Source of the DNA: Vicinamibacterales bacterium
Lineage (GTDB): Bacteria > Acidobacteriota > Vicinamibacteria > Vicinamibacterales > JAMQPK01
NCBI GenBank assembly: GCA_036556585.1
Contig: DATBJG010000321.1
Location: 1-58,354 of the forward strand
Direction of reading: 5' to 3'
Length of the DNA stretch: 58,354 nucleotides
Shown here: positions 27,018-36,615 of the stretch, piece by piece
How the letters are laid out: each line of letters opens with the position of its first letter
Numbering within the stretch: position 1 is the first letter of the stretch
Position numbers and translations under genes: made by a program
Notes under the pieces: generated by a model
Databases searched by the model: none
What the model was told of the DNA's origin: nothing
The model's input: the letters and a program-made list of their open reading frames with translations, nothing else

Positions 27018-27974
27018 GTGCCTCACCTGCGATTCACCCGCGACAAGCGGGGCTATGAAAATACGTACGTCGTCCATGCAGTGCGACGCCGTGGAAAAGC
27101 GCGACAGCGCATTCTGTACTGGTTCAGGACCCCGCCCAATGTCCGAGTGGGCCGTGCAGCCCTCGACGAAGACGCGATCCGACTGATCGAGGAAAACAAT
27201 CCGGACATCGAATTCGACTGGACCAAGATTCTCGAGGCTCAGCCTCCTGTCGCGCCGGCTCCTGAGGAGACTCGAGATCGCCGACGACGGGTGCGGGGTC
27301 AGACAGCGGCAGGGCGCGCGCGAGTGGCGGAGGCCGGAGTGCGCGAGCCGGTCGCCGAGCCCGCTGCCGAGCCTGGGGCAAGTGCTGCAGTACCTGACGC
27401 GGCACCAATGGGTGATGCACCGCAGTCCGAGGTTGTGACACCCGAAGTGGCGGACGTACCCGAAATCGAACCTCCCGTGCTCGTGCCAGTCACCGTCTAC
27501 CACGGCGGTGCCGATGTGCTCGTCGCAAGCGTCGTGGACGAATCGCCGCGACAATCGGCCGTCGAAGCGCGTCTGGGTTCTGAATTGCTCGGCCGCATTC
27601 GCGCCCGGTACGCGGAAATCTCGGCGCGGATCACCGAACGTGTTGGCGGTGACCCCGCGCGTTTCGAAGAGATGCGACGTGCGGCCGAAGCGCTGAATCC
27701 TGATTTGTGGGTCACCGAAGACGAGATTGCCGCGGGGTTGCAACACTTTGACGCACGGCTCGGCGAGATTCGCCGTGCCCTTGGGATCAAGCGCCGCCGT
27801 CGGTCCCGTCGTGGCGGGCGTCGCCGGCGAGGACGGCGGCCCGATCAGAGCCCGACTGCGACGGCGGGATCGGCTCCAACAACTTTAGAAACTGGACCGC
27901 CGGACCATGCCGATGAGCTCGACCAAGGTGAGGTGGGGGACGACGAAACGGACTCGGACGACACTGACCACTAA
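27018..27974 (+). CDS. hypothetical protein with conserved-looking N-domain, disordered acidic/Pro-rich middle and poly-Arg then poly-Asp tail
   Basis: Start trimmed to GTG 27018, 8 nt after the upstream stop. Contains RDKRGYENTYVVH...ILYWFRTPP. Confidence 0.55.
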   Translation: MPHLRFTRDKRGYENTYVVHAVRRRGKARQRILYWFRTPPNVRVGRAALDEDAIRLIEENNPDIEFDWTKILEAQPPVAPAPEETRDRRRRVRGQTAAGRARVAEAGVREPVAEPAAEPGASAAVPDAAPMGDAPQSEVVTPEVADVPEIEPPVLVPVTVYHGGADVLVASVVDESPRQSAVEARLGSELLGRIRARYAEISARITERVGGDPARFEEMRRAAEALNPDLWVTEDEIAAGLQHFDARLGEIRRALGIKRRRRSRRGGRRRRGRRPDQSPTATAGSAPTTLETGPPDHADELDQGEVGDDETDSDDTDH

Positions 27975-27996
27975 CCACTGACCACCGGCCACGCCG
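27962..27996. repeat. heptanucleotide tandem array, 5 units CACTGAC type
   Basis: cactgac cactaac cactgac caccggc cacgccg. Covers the stop of the preceding gene. Confidence 0.8.
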
Positions 27997-28014
27997 TGGT
28001 TTATACTGGACCCC

Positions 28015-29280
28015 ATGAAGCACCACTATGTCTTGACCCTTCTTGTGGTCGGCTGCGTCTGCGCGGTCCTCAGCGGCAATCAGGCGCCGGCCCCCCAGGC
28101 AATCGGCCAGGAACCGCCGGATTTCAGAGTGGCGGTCGATCTCGTCACGACTGATGTCATCCCCCGCGATGCGCGCGGTCAGTTTGTCGCGGATCTCAAG
28201 AAGGAGGATTTCGAAGTCTACGAGGACGACGTCCTGCAAGAGGTCACCTCGGTCGTTCTGATTCACGGCGGGCGCGTCTACAACCAGGTGCTTCCGCCCC
28301 CGCCGCCTCCGCAAGAGGGCATCATTCTGCCGCCGACTCGGCCGATGAACGACACGGCTGGTCGCATCATCGTGTTATTTGTGGACGACCTCCACATGCA
28401 GTTCCGTGACACCGCGCGGATCCGCGACCTTTTCAAGCGGATTGGCAAGACACTCATACACGAAGGCGATCTGTACGGGATTGTGTCGACGGGACCTTCG
28501 TCGTTGTCAATCGATCTGACGTACGACCGAACCCGCCTCGATGAAGCCATCAAGAAAATTTCCGGGAATGGCCTGAAGCCATCCGAAATTATCAGCGGGC
28601 CGGAAAGCTCGCAGGGTCCGACCGAGTTGCGCTATCGGGCGCACGTCGCGTTCTCGACTGTATACGACCTGCTCAAGAACATGGAGAAGGTCACCAATCG
28701 CCGCAAGGCAATTCTCTATGTAAGCAGCGGCTACGACTTCAATCCGTTTGCCGCAGCCCGAGCCGGACTACCCGAAGGCTCACCGTTCCTCAGTCGGCCG
28801 GGCGCGCAACACAATCCCAACGATCCATTGGGGGCCAACGATCCCACGCGTCAGGGACAGCAGTTTGCGGATGCGGATCTCGCGCTGGAACTCGGGGAGG
28901 TGACGCGCGCCGCGAACCGTGCGAACGCGACGCTCTATACGATTGATCCGCGGGGACTGGTGGCCGGGCCCGATCTCGACGAGGAGGTCGACCCGCAGGA
29001 GTGGAACAAGTACATCATGAGGACGCAGGATAGTCTGCGGCTCATGGCCGAGAACACCGGGGGCATTGCCGTGGTCAACAGCAACGACTTCGACAAGTTC
29101 CTCAAGCGGATCGACAACGAGACGAGTGACTACTACGTGCTGGGCTACACGTCGAGGAATCCCGATCCCACCCGGCGCACCCGCAGGATCGAGGTCAAGG
29201 TCAAGCGATCGGATTTGACCGTGTGGTCCCGCACCTCGTATTCACTACGTCCGACGCCGCCGCCCGCGCCACCTCAATAA
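28015..29280 (+). CDS. VWA domain protein (acidobacterial VWFA-related type)
   Basis: Signal/anchor sequence, then FRVAVDLVTTDVIPRDARGQFVADLKKEDFEVYEDD and ...IVLFVDDLH (MIDAS-like region). Confidence 0.88.
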   Translation: MKHHYVLTLLVVGCVCAVLSGNQAPAPQAIGQEPPDFRVAVDLVTTDVIPRDARGQFVADLKKEDFEVYEDDVLQEVTSVVLIHGGRVYNQVLPPPPPPQEGIILPPTRPMNDTAGRIIVLFVDDLHMQFRDTARIRDLFKRIGKTLIHEGDLYGIVSTGPSSLSIDLTYDRTRLDEAIKKISGNGLKPSEIISGPESSQGPTELRYRAHVAFSTVYDLLKNMEKVTNRRKAILYVSSGYDFNPFAAARAGLPEGSPFLSRPGAQHNPNDPLGANDPTRQGQQFADADLALELGEVTRAANRANATLYTIDPRGLVAGPDLDEEVDPQEWNKYIMRTQDSLRLMAENTGGIAVVNSNDFDKFLKRIDNETSDYYVLGYTSRNPDPTRRTRRIEVKVKRSDLTVWSRTSYSLRPTPPPAPPQ

Positions 29281-29285
29281 GTGCT

Positions 29286-29445
29286 GGGGATTCGGGGTTG
29301 GGGATTCGGGGTTCGGGAATCCCGAATCCTGATTGTCGAATCTCAGTTGCCTGATTGTCGAATCCCGATTCCCGAATCCCGAATCCCGATTGTCGAATCT
29401 CAGTTGCCTGATTGTCGAATCCCGATTCCCGAATCCCGAATCCCG
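29286..29445. repeat. composite GGGGATT/GAATCCC heptamer element with an exact 57-bp tandem duplication (29331-29387 = 29388-29444)
   Basis: A G-rich arm (ggggattcggggtt x2) is followed by a near-complementary C-rich array. The duplication was verified base by base. Confidence 0.9.
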
Positions 29446-29502
29446 AGGTAGTCTTACCCCCGTTACATGTGACCGCTAGTCTACCGGAGCGGAGGGCCAA
29501 CC

Positions 29503-32500
29503 ATGACGAGCGTGCGATGGACCCTGAGGCTGTCGTTTGTGTGGATGCTGATGTGTCTCGCGATTCCCGTTGCGGCACAGACGGCTGCGACCGGGAATAT
29601 TGAAGGGGTGGTCACTGACGTCAGCGGGGGCGTGCTGCCCGGCGTCACTGTCCTCGTGCGAAATGTCCAAACCAACGTGTCACGCGAAACCGTGACCGAC
29701 AGCGACGGGCGCTTTCGCGCAGGCGCCCTGCAACCGGCGGAATACGAGGTCAGCGCGACGCTGTCCGGCTTCAGCGTGCAGCCTGTGACCGGCCTGCGGG
29801 TGCTGGTAGGACAAACCGTGACCGTCGATCTCCAGATGCGACCGGCGGGGGTCACCGAAACCGTATCGGTCACCGCCGAGTCACCGATTCTCGACACGCG
29901 CCGCACCGACGTGAGCAACGTCATCACCCAGGAAATGATGCAGAACCTCCCGATTACCGGGCGGCGCTGGGACAACTATGTGCTGATGAGTCCGGGCGTC
30001 ACCAATGACGGAAACTTCGGGCTCGTCGCGTATCGGGGAATCAGCGGTCTCTACAACAACAACATGGTTGATGGCGTCGACAACAACCAGGCGTTCTTTT
30101 CCGAGGCGCGTGGCCGCACCCGGACGGTGTATTCGATCAGCCAGGCCACCATCAAGGAATTTCAGGTCGGTATCAGCAACATGTCAGCGGAGTTCGGACG
30201 CGCCGCCGGCGGCACGGTTAACGCGGTCACCAAGTCCGGAACCAATAACTACAGCGGCGAGGGGTTCTACTTCCTCCGGGATGATTCCTTCCAGGCCAAG
30301 AATCCGTTTGTCAACATTCCCGGGGATCCCGGAGGTAAACCCGACGAGCGACGTCAGCAGTTTGGTCTTGCCCTTGGCGGGCCAATCAAGAAAGACCGGG
30401 TGTTCTTCTTTGGTGGGTACGATCAGCAGGTCCGCACGTTCCCGGCTTACACGTCGCCTTCGAATGCGACGTTCCTGACAGCCCCTTGCACCGCGCCGGC
30501 GGCAAACTGTGCCGCAACCTTGAGCTTTTTCAACTCGGTGGCTGGTCTCAGCCCTCGAGAGGGCAACAACAAGGTCAGCTTCATCAAGGTGGATTCAACG
30601 CTGAACGGAAACCACACGCTCACCCTGAGCTATAACGGCCACCGGTGGGATTCGCCGAACGGCATTCAGACCCAGCCGGTCATCACGGTCGCGGACTCCA
30701 TGAATGGCTCCGACCTGGTCAAAACCGACTTTTTCGTTGGCAGTCTCAATTCAATCCTGGGCCAGAAGTGGCTCAACGAGTTCCGGGTTCAGATCGGGCG
30801 CGATAACGAGGAACAGCAGCCGAATGGCGTGCCGCCCGGAACCACAGTCACAGGGGGTATTGGTTTCGGCATGCCCGATTTCCTCCCTCGGACGGCGTTC
30901 CCACACGAACAGCGATATCAATTCATCAACGCCATTACCTCCTACTGGGGCGCGCACAGCGTGAAGGCCGGCGCGGATATCAACTTCGTCAAGGAACTGC
31001 AGATCAACCTGTTCCGCGGCGGGGGCGTATACAGCTATTCCAGCTTTAGTGCTCTGGCCAACGATTGTCCCATCGGCGCAAGCGGCTGCACGCCCGTGGT
31101 CGATGCGGCAGCCGGTCGACACTACAGCAATTTCCAGCAGGCGTTCGACTTGAACGGCCTCGCCGGCAAAATGGCTTTCAACACGTGGGATTACAACTTC
31201 TACGTGCAGGATACCTGGCGGGTGAACAACGCCCTGCTCGTCAACCTCGGACTTCGTTACGAATATCAGCAGCTGCCTCAGCCAGGGGACGTTCAGGTTG
31301 ACGGCGTGACGTTCGCGGGGAACCCGCTCTACCCGGAGACGCAGGAGTTCAACCAGGACAAGACGAACTGGGGGCCCAGGATTGGCGTCAGCTACGACTT
31401 TGGAGGAAATCACGCCACGGTCCTCCGCGGAAGCTACGGCATCTTCTACGGGCGAACCAGCAACAGCGCGGTGGCCAATGCGCTGACGAACACCGGTAAT
31501 GCGATTGCCGGTTACTTCTTTACGCCAACGACAGCGGGAGCACCGGTGTATCCGGCGATCTTGAGCGCGCCGCCGACTATCGCGGGCAGTGTCCCCGACG
31601 TTCAGTACTTTGCGACCAACCTGAAGCGCCCGATGATTCAGTCCGTCGACGTCACGCTCGACCGGCAGGTGATGCGCGACGTGACTGTCTCGGCGTCCTA
31701 CCTGTTCAGTCGCGGCAGCCGGTTGCCGGCTTTCCGTGACATCAACTTCAATCCGGCCAACTCTCAGGTGAGATACGTCTTGGACGGGCAGGCGCTCGGG
31801 ACGTTCCCCTTGTATAGAGGCGCGAGACCGGTAGCCACAGCCACCCGCATTCTCGTACTCGAGCCGCGGGTTGAGTCCATCTATCACGCCCTGGTGCTCG
31901 CAGCCAACAAGCGGTTCTCTGGCGGGATTCTCCTGGGAGCCAACTACACGCTGTCCAAGGCCGAGGACGATCAGCAGAACTCGAGCACGTTTTTTGGCGG
32001 AAACCAGCCGTACGACACGCTCAATCTGGATCTCGTGGATGGCCGTACGACCTCGACATTGGACCGGCGTCACAAGTTCAGCGCCAATTTCCTCTATCAA
32101 CCACCCCAGCTCTGGGGGATTGGTATCAGCGGCGTGTTGGTGCTCGAGAGCGGGCTACCAATCAGCGAGACCATTTCGGGCACGCTGTCGGCGGCCGTGG
32201 GTGCGACCAACAGCTCGAGCACCAACGGGACAGGCGGCGCTACGTTCGCGCCCTGGTTGGGGCGGAACACCAATCGGTATCCGGGACGGGCGACTTTGGA
32301 TTTGCGGCTCTCGAAGAGGTTCGCGCTCGGTCGCGGGACCGAAGCCGAGGTCCTCTGGGACATGTTCAATCTCTTCAACCGGACGAACGTGACGACCGCG
32401 TCGGACATTGCCTTTAACGTGGCGAGCTCGACCTTCGACGCAGCGGCAAACCTGGCCACGGTCAATCTCACTCGCAATGCTGGCTACCTGGTCCCGACGA

Positions 32501-32562
32501 GCTCGAGTAATACTTTTATTGGATCTCGCGACATGCAACTGGGCCTGCGATTCCTCTGGTAA
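29503..32562 (+). CDS. TonB-dependent receptor with N-terminal CarboxypepD_reg-like domain
   Basis: Signal peptide, GNIEGVVTDVSGGVLPGVTVLVRN, plug region, long barrel, C-terminal ...MQLGLRFLW. GGAGG RBS. Confidence 0.92.
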   Translation: MTSVRWTLRLSFVWMLMCLAIPVAAQTAATGNIEGVVTDVSGGVLPGVTVLVRNVQTNVSRETVTDSDGRFRAGALQPAEYEVSATLSGFSVQPVTGLRVLVGQTVTVDLQMRPAGVTETVSVTAESPILDTRRTDVSNVITQEMMQNLPITGRRWDNYVLMSPGVTNDGNFGLVAYRGISGLYNNNMVDGVDNNQAFFSEARGRTRTVYSISQATIKEFQVGISNMSAEFGRAAGGTVNAVTKSGTNNYSGEGFYFLRDDSFQAKNPFVNIPGDPGGKPDERRQQFGLALGGPIKKDRVFFFGGYDQQVRTFPAYTSPSNATFLTAPCTAPAANCAATLSFFNSVAGLSPREGNNKVSFIKVDSTLNGNHTLTLSYNGHRWDSPNGIQTQPVITVADSMNGSDLVKTDFFVGSLNSILGQKWLNEFRVQIGRDNEEQQPNGVPPGTTVTGGIGFGMPDFLPRTAFPHEQRYQFINAITSYWGAHSVKAGADINFVKELQINLFRGGGVYSYSSFSALANDCPIGASGCTPVVDAAAGRHYSNFQQAFDLNGLAGKMAFNTWDYNFYVQDTWRVNNALLVNLGLRYEYQQLPQPGDVQVDGVTFAGNPLYPETQEFNQDKTNWGPRIGVSYDFGGNHATVLRGSYGIFYGRTSNSAVANALTNTGNAIAGYFFTPTTAGAPVYPAILSAPPTIAGSVPDVQYFATNLKRPMIQSVDVTLDRQVMRDVTVSASYLFSRGSRLPAFRDINFNPANSQVRYVLDGQALGTFPLYRGARPVATATRILVLEPRVESIYHALVLAANKRFSGGILLGANYTLSKAEDDQQNSSTFFGGNQPYDTLNLDLVDGRTTSTLDRRHKFSANFLYQPPQLWGIGISGVLVLESGLPISETISGTLSAAVGATNSSSTNGTGGATFAPWLGRNTNRYPGRATLDLRLSKRFALGRGTEAEVLWDMFNLFNRTNVTTASDIAFNVASSTFDAAANLATVNLTRNAGYLVPTSSSNTFIGSRDMQLGLRFLW

Positions 32563-32564
32563 AC

Positions 32565-32621
32565 AAAAAAAGGGGTCGGGAATCTTTTTCGCGTTCGTGA
32601 AAAGACTCCCGACCCCTTTTT
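32565..32621. terminator. bidirectional intrinsic terminator
   Basis: A-run, ggggtcggga ... tcccgacccc stem with additional inner pairing, then a T-run, immediately after the receptor stop. Confidence 0.8.
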
Positions 32622-32738
32622 GTGAGTGTAACAGTGTACCGTCTACTATGTACTCCTTACAGTCTGCGTTCGGTCGCTTGCGTATCTGTCAGTCGTCTGT
32701 GAGAGAGCAGGGGACCGTCTGCGCTTGTGGTGTTCTGA

Positions 32739-32954
32739 CTATCCGGCTTTGACGGCGTCGATCACTTCGAGACCCTGACGACTTCGCACTTCCGACGGCA
32801 GCGTGTGATTTCTGCGGTGCGTGTGGGTCTGACAGGTGCCTCCCTTTTCCTCGACGTATGCGAGTTCGCGACGCGTGGCCACCTCGCGATAGCGACCAAC
32901 GACGCATCCGCATCCCAGCGTGGTGAACCCAAGAAGCAGTACGAGGCTACCCAT
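32739..32954 (-). CDS. possible small lipoprotein (71 aa)
   Basis: GGAGGG RBS 4 nt before the ATG, and MGSLVLLLGFTTLGC lipobox-like signal. No family recognised. Confidence 0.4.
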   Translation of the reverse strand: MGSLVLLLGFTTLGCGCVVGRYREVATRRELAYVEEKGGTCQTHTHRRNHTLPSEVRSRQGLEVIDAVKAG

Positions 32955-33294
32955 AACACCCTCCGACAAAAGGGATCAGTGCAAGTCCTGTACCTACTGA
33001 CAGCCTTGGGTGAGCCGAAGCGTGGCCGCCAGGTCACCAGCGGGGCCATTCGGGATTCTTTGGGGAACTCAGCCTTTCATGGTCGCCAACGCGCCACTGG
33101 CCGGCCGGTCATCTGTGAAGCCAGGGGCCAAGTGTGCCGAGAAATGACGTCGTGACGATTTTTGACAACAAAATTTTGGAGCCTCATCCAAAAATTCTTC
33201 ATTTCATCACTCCGTCCAGCGGCCGGAGGTGTGCCGTCCCACGACCTGCCGCGATGTTCGTGGGTGCTAGTATTTCGGCTAGCCCTACACACTG

Positions 33295-35877
33295 ATGCGT
33301 CGAATGATTCTGTCAGCGGCGCTCCTGGTCAGCCTGAACTTGATTGTTGCGGCGGGTGCGGGACTGTTTGCCACTCAGGTGGCGGAGATCCCCGTCCCGT
33401 CCCAATTCCTCAAGCTCTCGATTGGCGGCAATGGCGTGCTGGCATCCTACGACCAGATCGTCGCCTACTGGCGCGCCGTCGATGCGCTGAGCGATCGCAT
33501 CGTCGTGCAGGAACTCGGCAAGACGACGATGGGCCGTCCGTATGTGGCGGCGATCGTAACGTCGCCGGAAAACCAGAGACGTCTGGAGGAATATCGCCTC
33601 ATCAACCATCGGCTCTACGATGCCCGCCGAACGTCGGATTCGCAGGCTCAGGAGCTGATTTCGCGCGGCAAGACGATCGTGGCCATCCAGATGGGAATTC
33701 ACTCGGACGAGGTGGCTGCGCCGCAGTTGTCGCTCGAACTGGCGCACCAGTTCGCGACGGATAACTCGGCGCGAATGCTCGAAATCCTCGATCAAACCAT
33801 CATCATTCTGTCGCCATCCCACAATCCGGATGGGACGCAGATGGTGGCCGAATGGAACCAGCGAACCCTGGGGACGCCCTACGAGGGGTCCGTTCTGCCG
33901 TTCCTCTATCACCACTACGTCGGCCACGACAACAACCGCGATTGGTACATGTTTACCCAGGCGGAGAGTCGCATTACGGTGGGGCAGATTTGGAACCGGT
34001 GGCATCCGCAAATCAGCCACGACCTCCACCAGATGAGCCCCGACGGGGCCCGCGCGTTCGTGCCTCCGTATCTGGACCCCGTTGACCCCAACATCGATCC
34101 CATCCTCCGTGAGCAAACCAATGCCCTTGGGTCGCGTATGGCAGCCGAGCTGGCTGCCAAAGGGAAAGACGGCGTGGTGACCAATGCCATCTACGACCTC
34201 TGGACACCGGCCCGGGCGTATGTGAACTATCACGGGGGCGTGCGAATCCTGACGGAGGTTGCAGGCGTGAGGCTGGCGAGTCCCGTGACGCTCAGTCAGT
34301 CGTCGCTCAGACCCGGGATCGGGTTCGACCCACGGCGAGCCTCGTGGAATTTCCCGAGGCCGTGGTCGGGGGGCGCCTGGCGCATGCGCGACATCATGGA
34401 CTACCAGCACGTGGCGGTGGACGCGCTGCTCGATCACGCCGCACGGAATCGCGTGTCGTGGCTGACTCGATTCTGGCAGGTCAGCAAGCGGGCGAGCAGT
34501 AGGAGTGGCGGAAGCACAGAGCGGCGCCAACCCTACGCCGTTGTGATTCCGGCAGCCCAGCGTGATCCGCTGGCCGTCACCGAGATGCTGCGCGCGCTGC
34601 AGCTTGGCGATGTCGAGGTGCATCGGGCACGGGCAGCATTCAGGGCCGGCAACGGGCGGTATCCGGCAGGAACCCATGTGATCCTCATGGCCCAACCGGC
34701 TGGCGCGTTCGCAAAGACGCTCACCGAAGTGCAACGCTATCCGGACGTCCGACCCTACGCCGGTGCCCCCCCGCAGCAGCCCTACGACGTGACGGCCTAC
34801 ACGATGCCGCTCCTCATGGGGGTCACGGCGAGACAGGTGACGCAGCCGTTCGATGCCGATCTTGAATTGGTGCCTAACCCCGTTCCAGCCGTTCCCGGTA
34901 CGCTGGGACCGACGAGCCGAGGCGGGTACACGTTGGCTCACGATAGTGCGGGCACTCGTGCTCTCATTCGCTTGCTCAAGGGACAAGTGCGGGTCGGCTG
35001 GGCCCGTCAGCCATTTGTGGTCAACGGGAAGAAGCTCCCTGCAGGAACCATCGTGGTGCCCGAGGGACAGCCCGGCGCCCGAGACCTGCTTGCCGGGATT
35101 GTCCGCACGCTGCCTGTGAAGGTTGGCGTTACCGACGGGGCGTTGCCCCCAGTTTGGTCGCTCCGTCTACCTCGGGTTGGCCTGTACCGCTCCTATGCCC
35201 CCTCGATCGATGAAGGCTGGACGAGGTGGATCCTCGATCAATGGGCGCTGCCGTATTCGACCCTCGAGAACGGAGACATCCGGAACGGTCAAGCCACGCT
35301 GCGGACCAGGTTTGACGTCATCGTGCTCCCCGATCAGTATGTGACCGAGATCGTCGATGGGCTCGGTTCGGGACAAGTGCCGCCCGAGTATGCAGGTGGC
35401 ATTGGCGACGAGGGCGTGGGCGCCTTGCGATCGTTTGTCGAGCAGGGTGGAACCCTCGTCGCGCTCGACTCGGCATCGTCTCTTCCGGTCCAACGGTTTG
35501 GCCTGCCAGTCGAGAACGCTTCGCACAATGGCATTTACGGGCCCGGGTCCATTCTTCGTGCGCAAGTGGATGTGGGTCACCCGATTGGCTATGGCTCTGA
35601 AAGCGGGAGTATCGCCTGGTTTGAGCACAGCCTCGCATTTCGGGCCCGGGGAAATGCCCGATCAGTTGTGACGTACGCCCGGAGTTCGGAGCTCTTGCTG
35701 AGCGGCTGGCTGATGGGCGGGGAGCACCTGGCCGGGACCGACGCCGTCGTGGAGGCGCCGCTCGGACGTGGCCGAGTGATTTTGTTCGGTTTTCGCCCTC
35801 AGTATCGCGCGCAGACCTGGGCGACGTTCGGGCTGTTCTTTAACGCACTGTTTTATTCGACGACCACCAGCCACTGA
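33295..35877 (+). CDS. M14 family zinc carboxypeptidase-like protein with large C-terminal extension
   Basis: Signal peptide, GIHSDEV (HxxE zinc motif), and SPSHNPDG. Confidence 0.88.
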   Translation: MRRMILSAALLVSLNLIVAAGAGLFATQVAEIPVPSQFLKLSIGGNGVLASYDQIVAYWRAVDALSDRIVVQELGKTTMGRPYVAAIVTSPENQRRLEEYRLINHRLYDARRTSDSQAQELISRGKTIVAIQMGIHSDEVAAPQLSLELAHQFATDNSARMLEILDQTIIILSPSHNPDGTQMVAEWNQRTLGTPYEGSVLPFLYHHYVGHDNNRDWYMFTQAESRITVGQIWNRWHPQISHDLHQMSPDGARAFVPPYLDPVDPNIDPILREQTNALGSRMAAELAAKGKDGVVTNAIYDLWTPARAYVNYHGGVRILTEVAGVRLASPVTLSQSSLRPGIGFDPRRASWNFPRPWSGGAWRMRDIMDYQHVAVDALLDHAARNRVSWLTRFWQVSKRASSRSGGSTERRQPYAVVIPAAQRDPLAVTEMLRALQLGDVEVHRARAAFRAGNGRYPAGTHVILMAQPAGAFAKTLTEVQRYPDVRPYAGAPPQQPYDVTAYTMPLLMGVTARQVTQPFDADLELVPNPVPAVPGTLGPTSRGGYTLAHDSAGTRALIRLLKGQVRVGWARQPFVVNGKKLPAGTIVVPEGQPGARDLLAGIVRTLPVKVGVTDGALPPVWSLRLPRVGLYRSYAPSIDEGWTRWILDQWALPYSTLENGDIRNGQATLRTRFDVIVLPDQYVTEIVDGLGSGQVPPEYAGGIGDEGVGALRSFVEQGGTLVALDSASSLPVQRFGLPVENASHNGIYGPGSILRAQVDVGHPIGYGSESGSIAWFEHSLAFRARGNARSVVTYARSSELLLSGWLMGGEHLAGTDAVVEAPLGRGRVILFGFRPQYRAQTWATFGLFFNALFYSTTTSH

Positions 35878-35924
35878 CCACGAGCCACGGACCACTAGTC
35901 ACGGACCACAGACCACTGGCCATT
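35862..35924. repeat. heptanucleotide tandem array, 9 units GACCACN/AGCCACN
   Basis: gaccacc agccact gaccacg agccacg gaccact agtcacg gaccaca gaccact ggccatt. Sits between convergent stops and covers the last codons of the M14 gene. Confidence 0.88.
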
Positions 35925-35933
35925 GTCCTTAAG

Positions 35934-36461
35934 CTAGCCGCTGTCCTTGAGCCTCCGGAATCTCTCCAGGTCCTTTGCGCGCTGGGCCGCCGCGTACAAG
36001 CGGGTCCGAAGGATTCGCAATGCAAAGCCGGCATGAGCCGCGCCGGCTGCCAGGATGAACACGGGCTGGCCTGTCAGCCCGACAGGCACGAGGTTGAGCA
36101 GCAGCGCGGCGGCGTACACAAGTGAAAAGAGCGGGTCGATGCCATCTCCCGACGGTTCGCGACCGAACGCCATCGCGGTCCTTTCCCAGGCTGGAAGATG
36201 ACCGGCCTCCTCGTAGAACACCTGCAGGTATCTCCCGATTCGTTCAACCCCCACATGTAGTGCGTAGACGGCTTCGAAACCAGCCACCAGCACCATGAGG
36301 GCACCGAAAGTCGCGAAGCGCCCACCCTGCTGCAGACCAAGCACGAAAATGAGGGCCCAGACCGCCATCGATAGCACGAAAAGCGTAACCCGACGGGTTC
36401 CACGCTCGCGAATTGTGGCTCGAAGGGCTTCGTATTCCGCGCGGGATGTATCGCCGTTCAT
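35934..36461 (-). CDS. hypothetical membrane protein (4 TM)
   Basis: Hydrophobic segments. No family recognised. Confidence 0.6.
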   Translation of the reverse strand: MNGDTSRAEYEALRATIRERGTRRVTLFVLSMAVWALIFVLGLQQGGRFATFGALMVLVAGFEAVYALHVGVERIGRYLQVFYEEAGHLPAWERTAMAFGREPSGDGIDPLFSLVYAAALLLNLVPVGLTGQPVFILAAGAAHAGFALRILRTRLYAAAQRAKDLERFRRLKDSG

Positions 36462-36615
36462 CCAGATCCCATAATCGTAATAATTCCCGTGCAGACAGTC
36501 TCGGGAAATTACTGATTTGTCAGTAGTTTTGTTCTTTGCGCGCTATAGGACCTTTGTTACAATACCGATACACGAGGTTAGGCAAGCAGCACCGCTCCGT
36601 GGAGGATCCCGTCAA

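Noticed and set aside
29331-29444. Possible CRISPR-like repeat.
   Set aside because: Only two copies are present, directly abutting with no spacers. They are built from the local heptamer repeat, and no cas genes are present.
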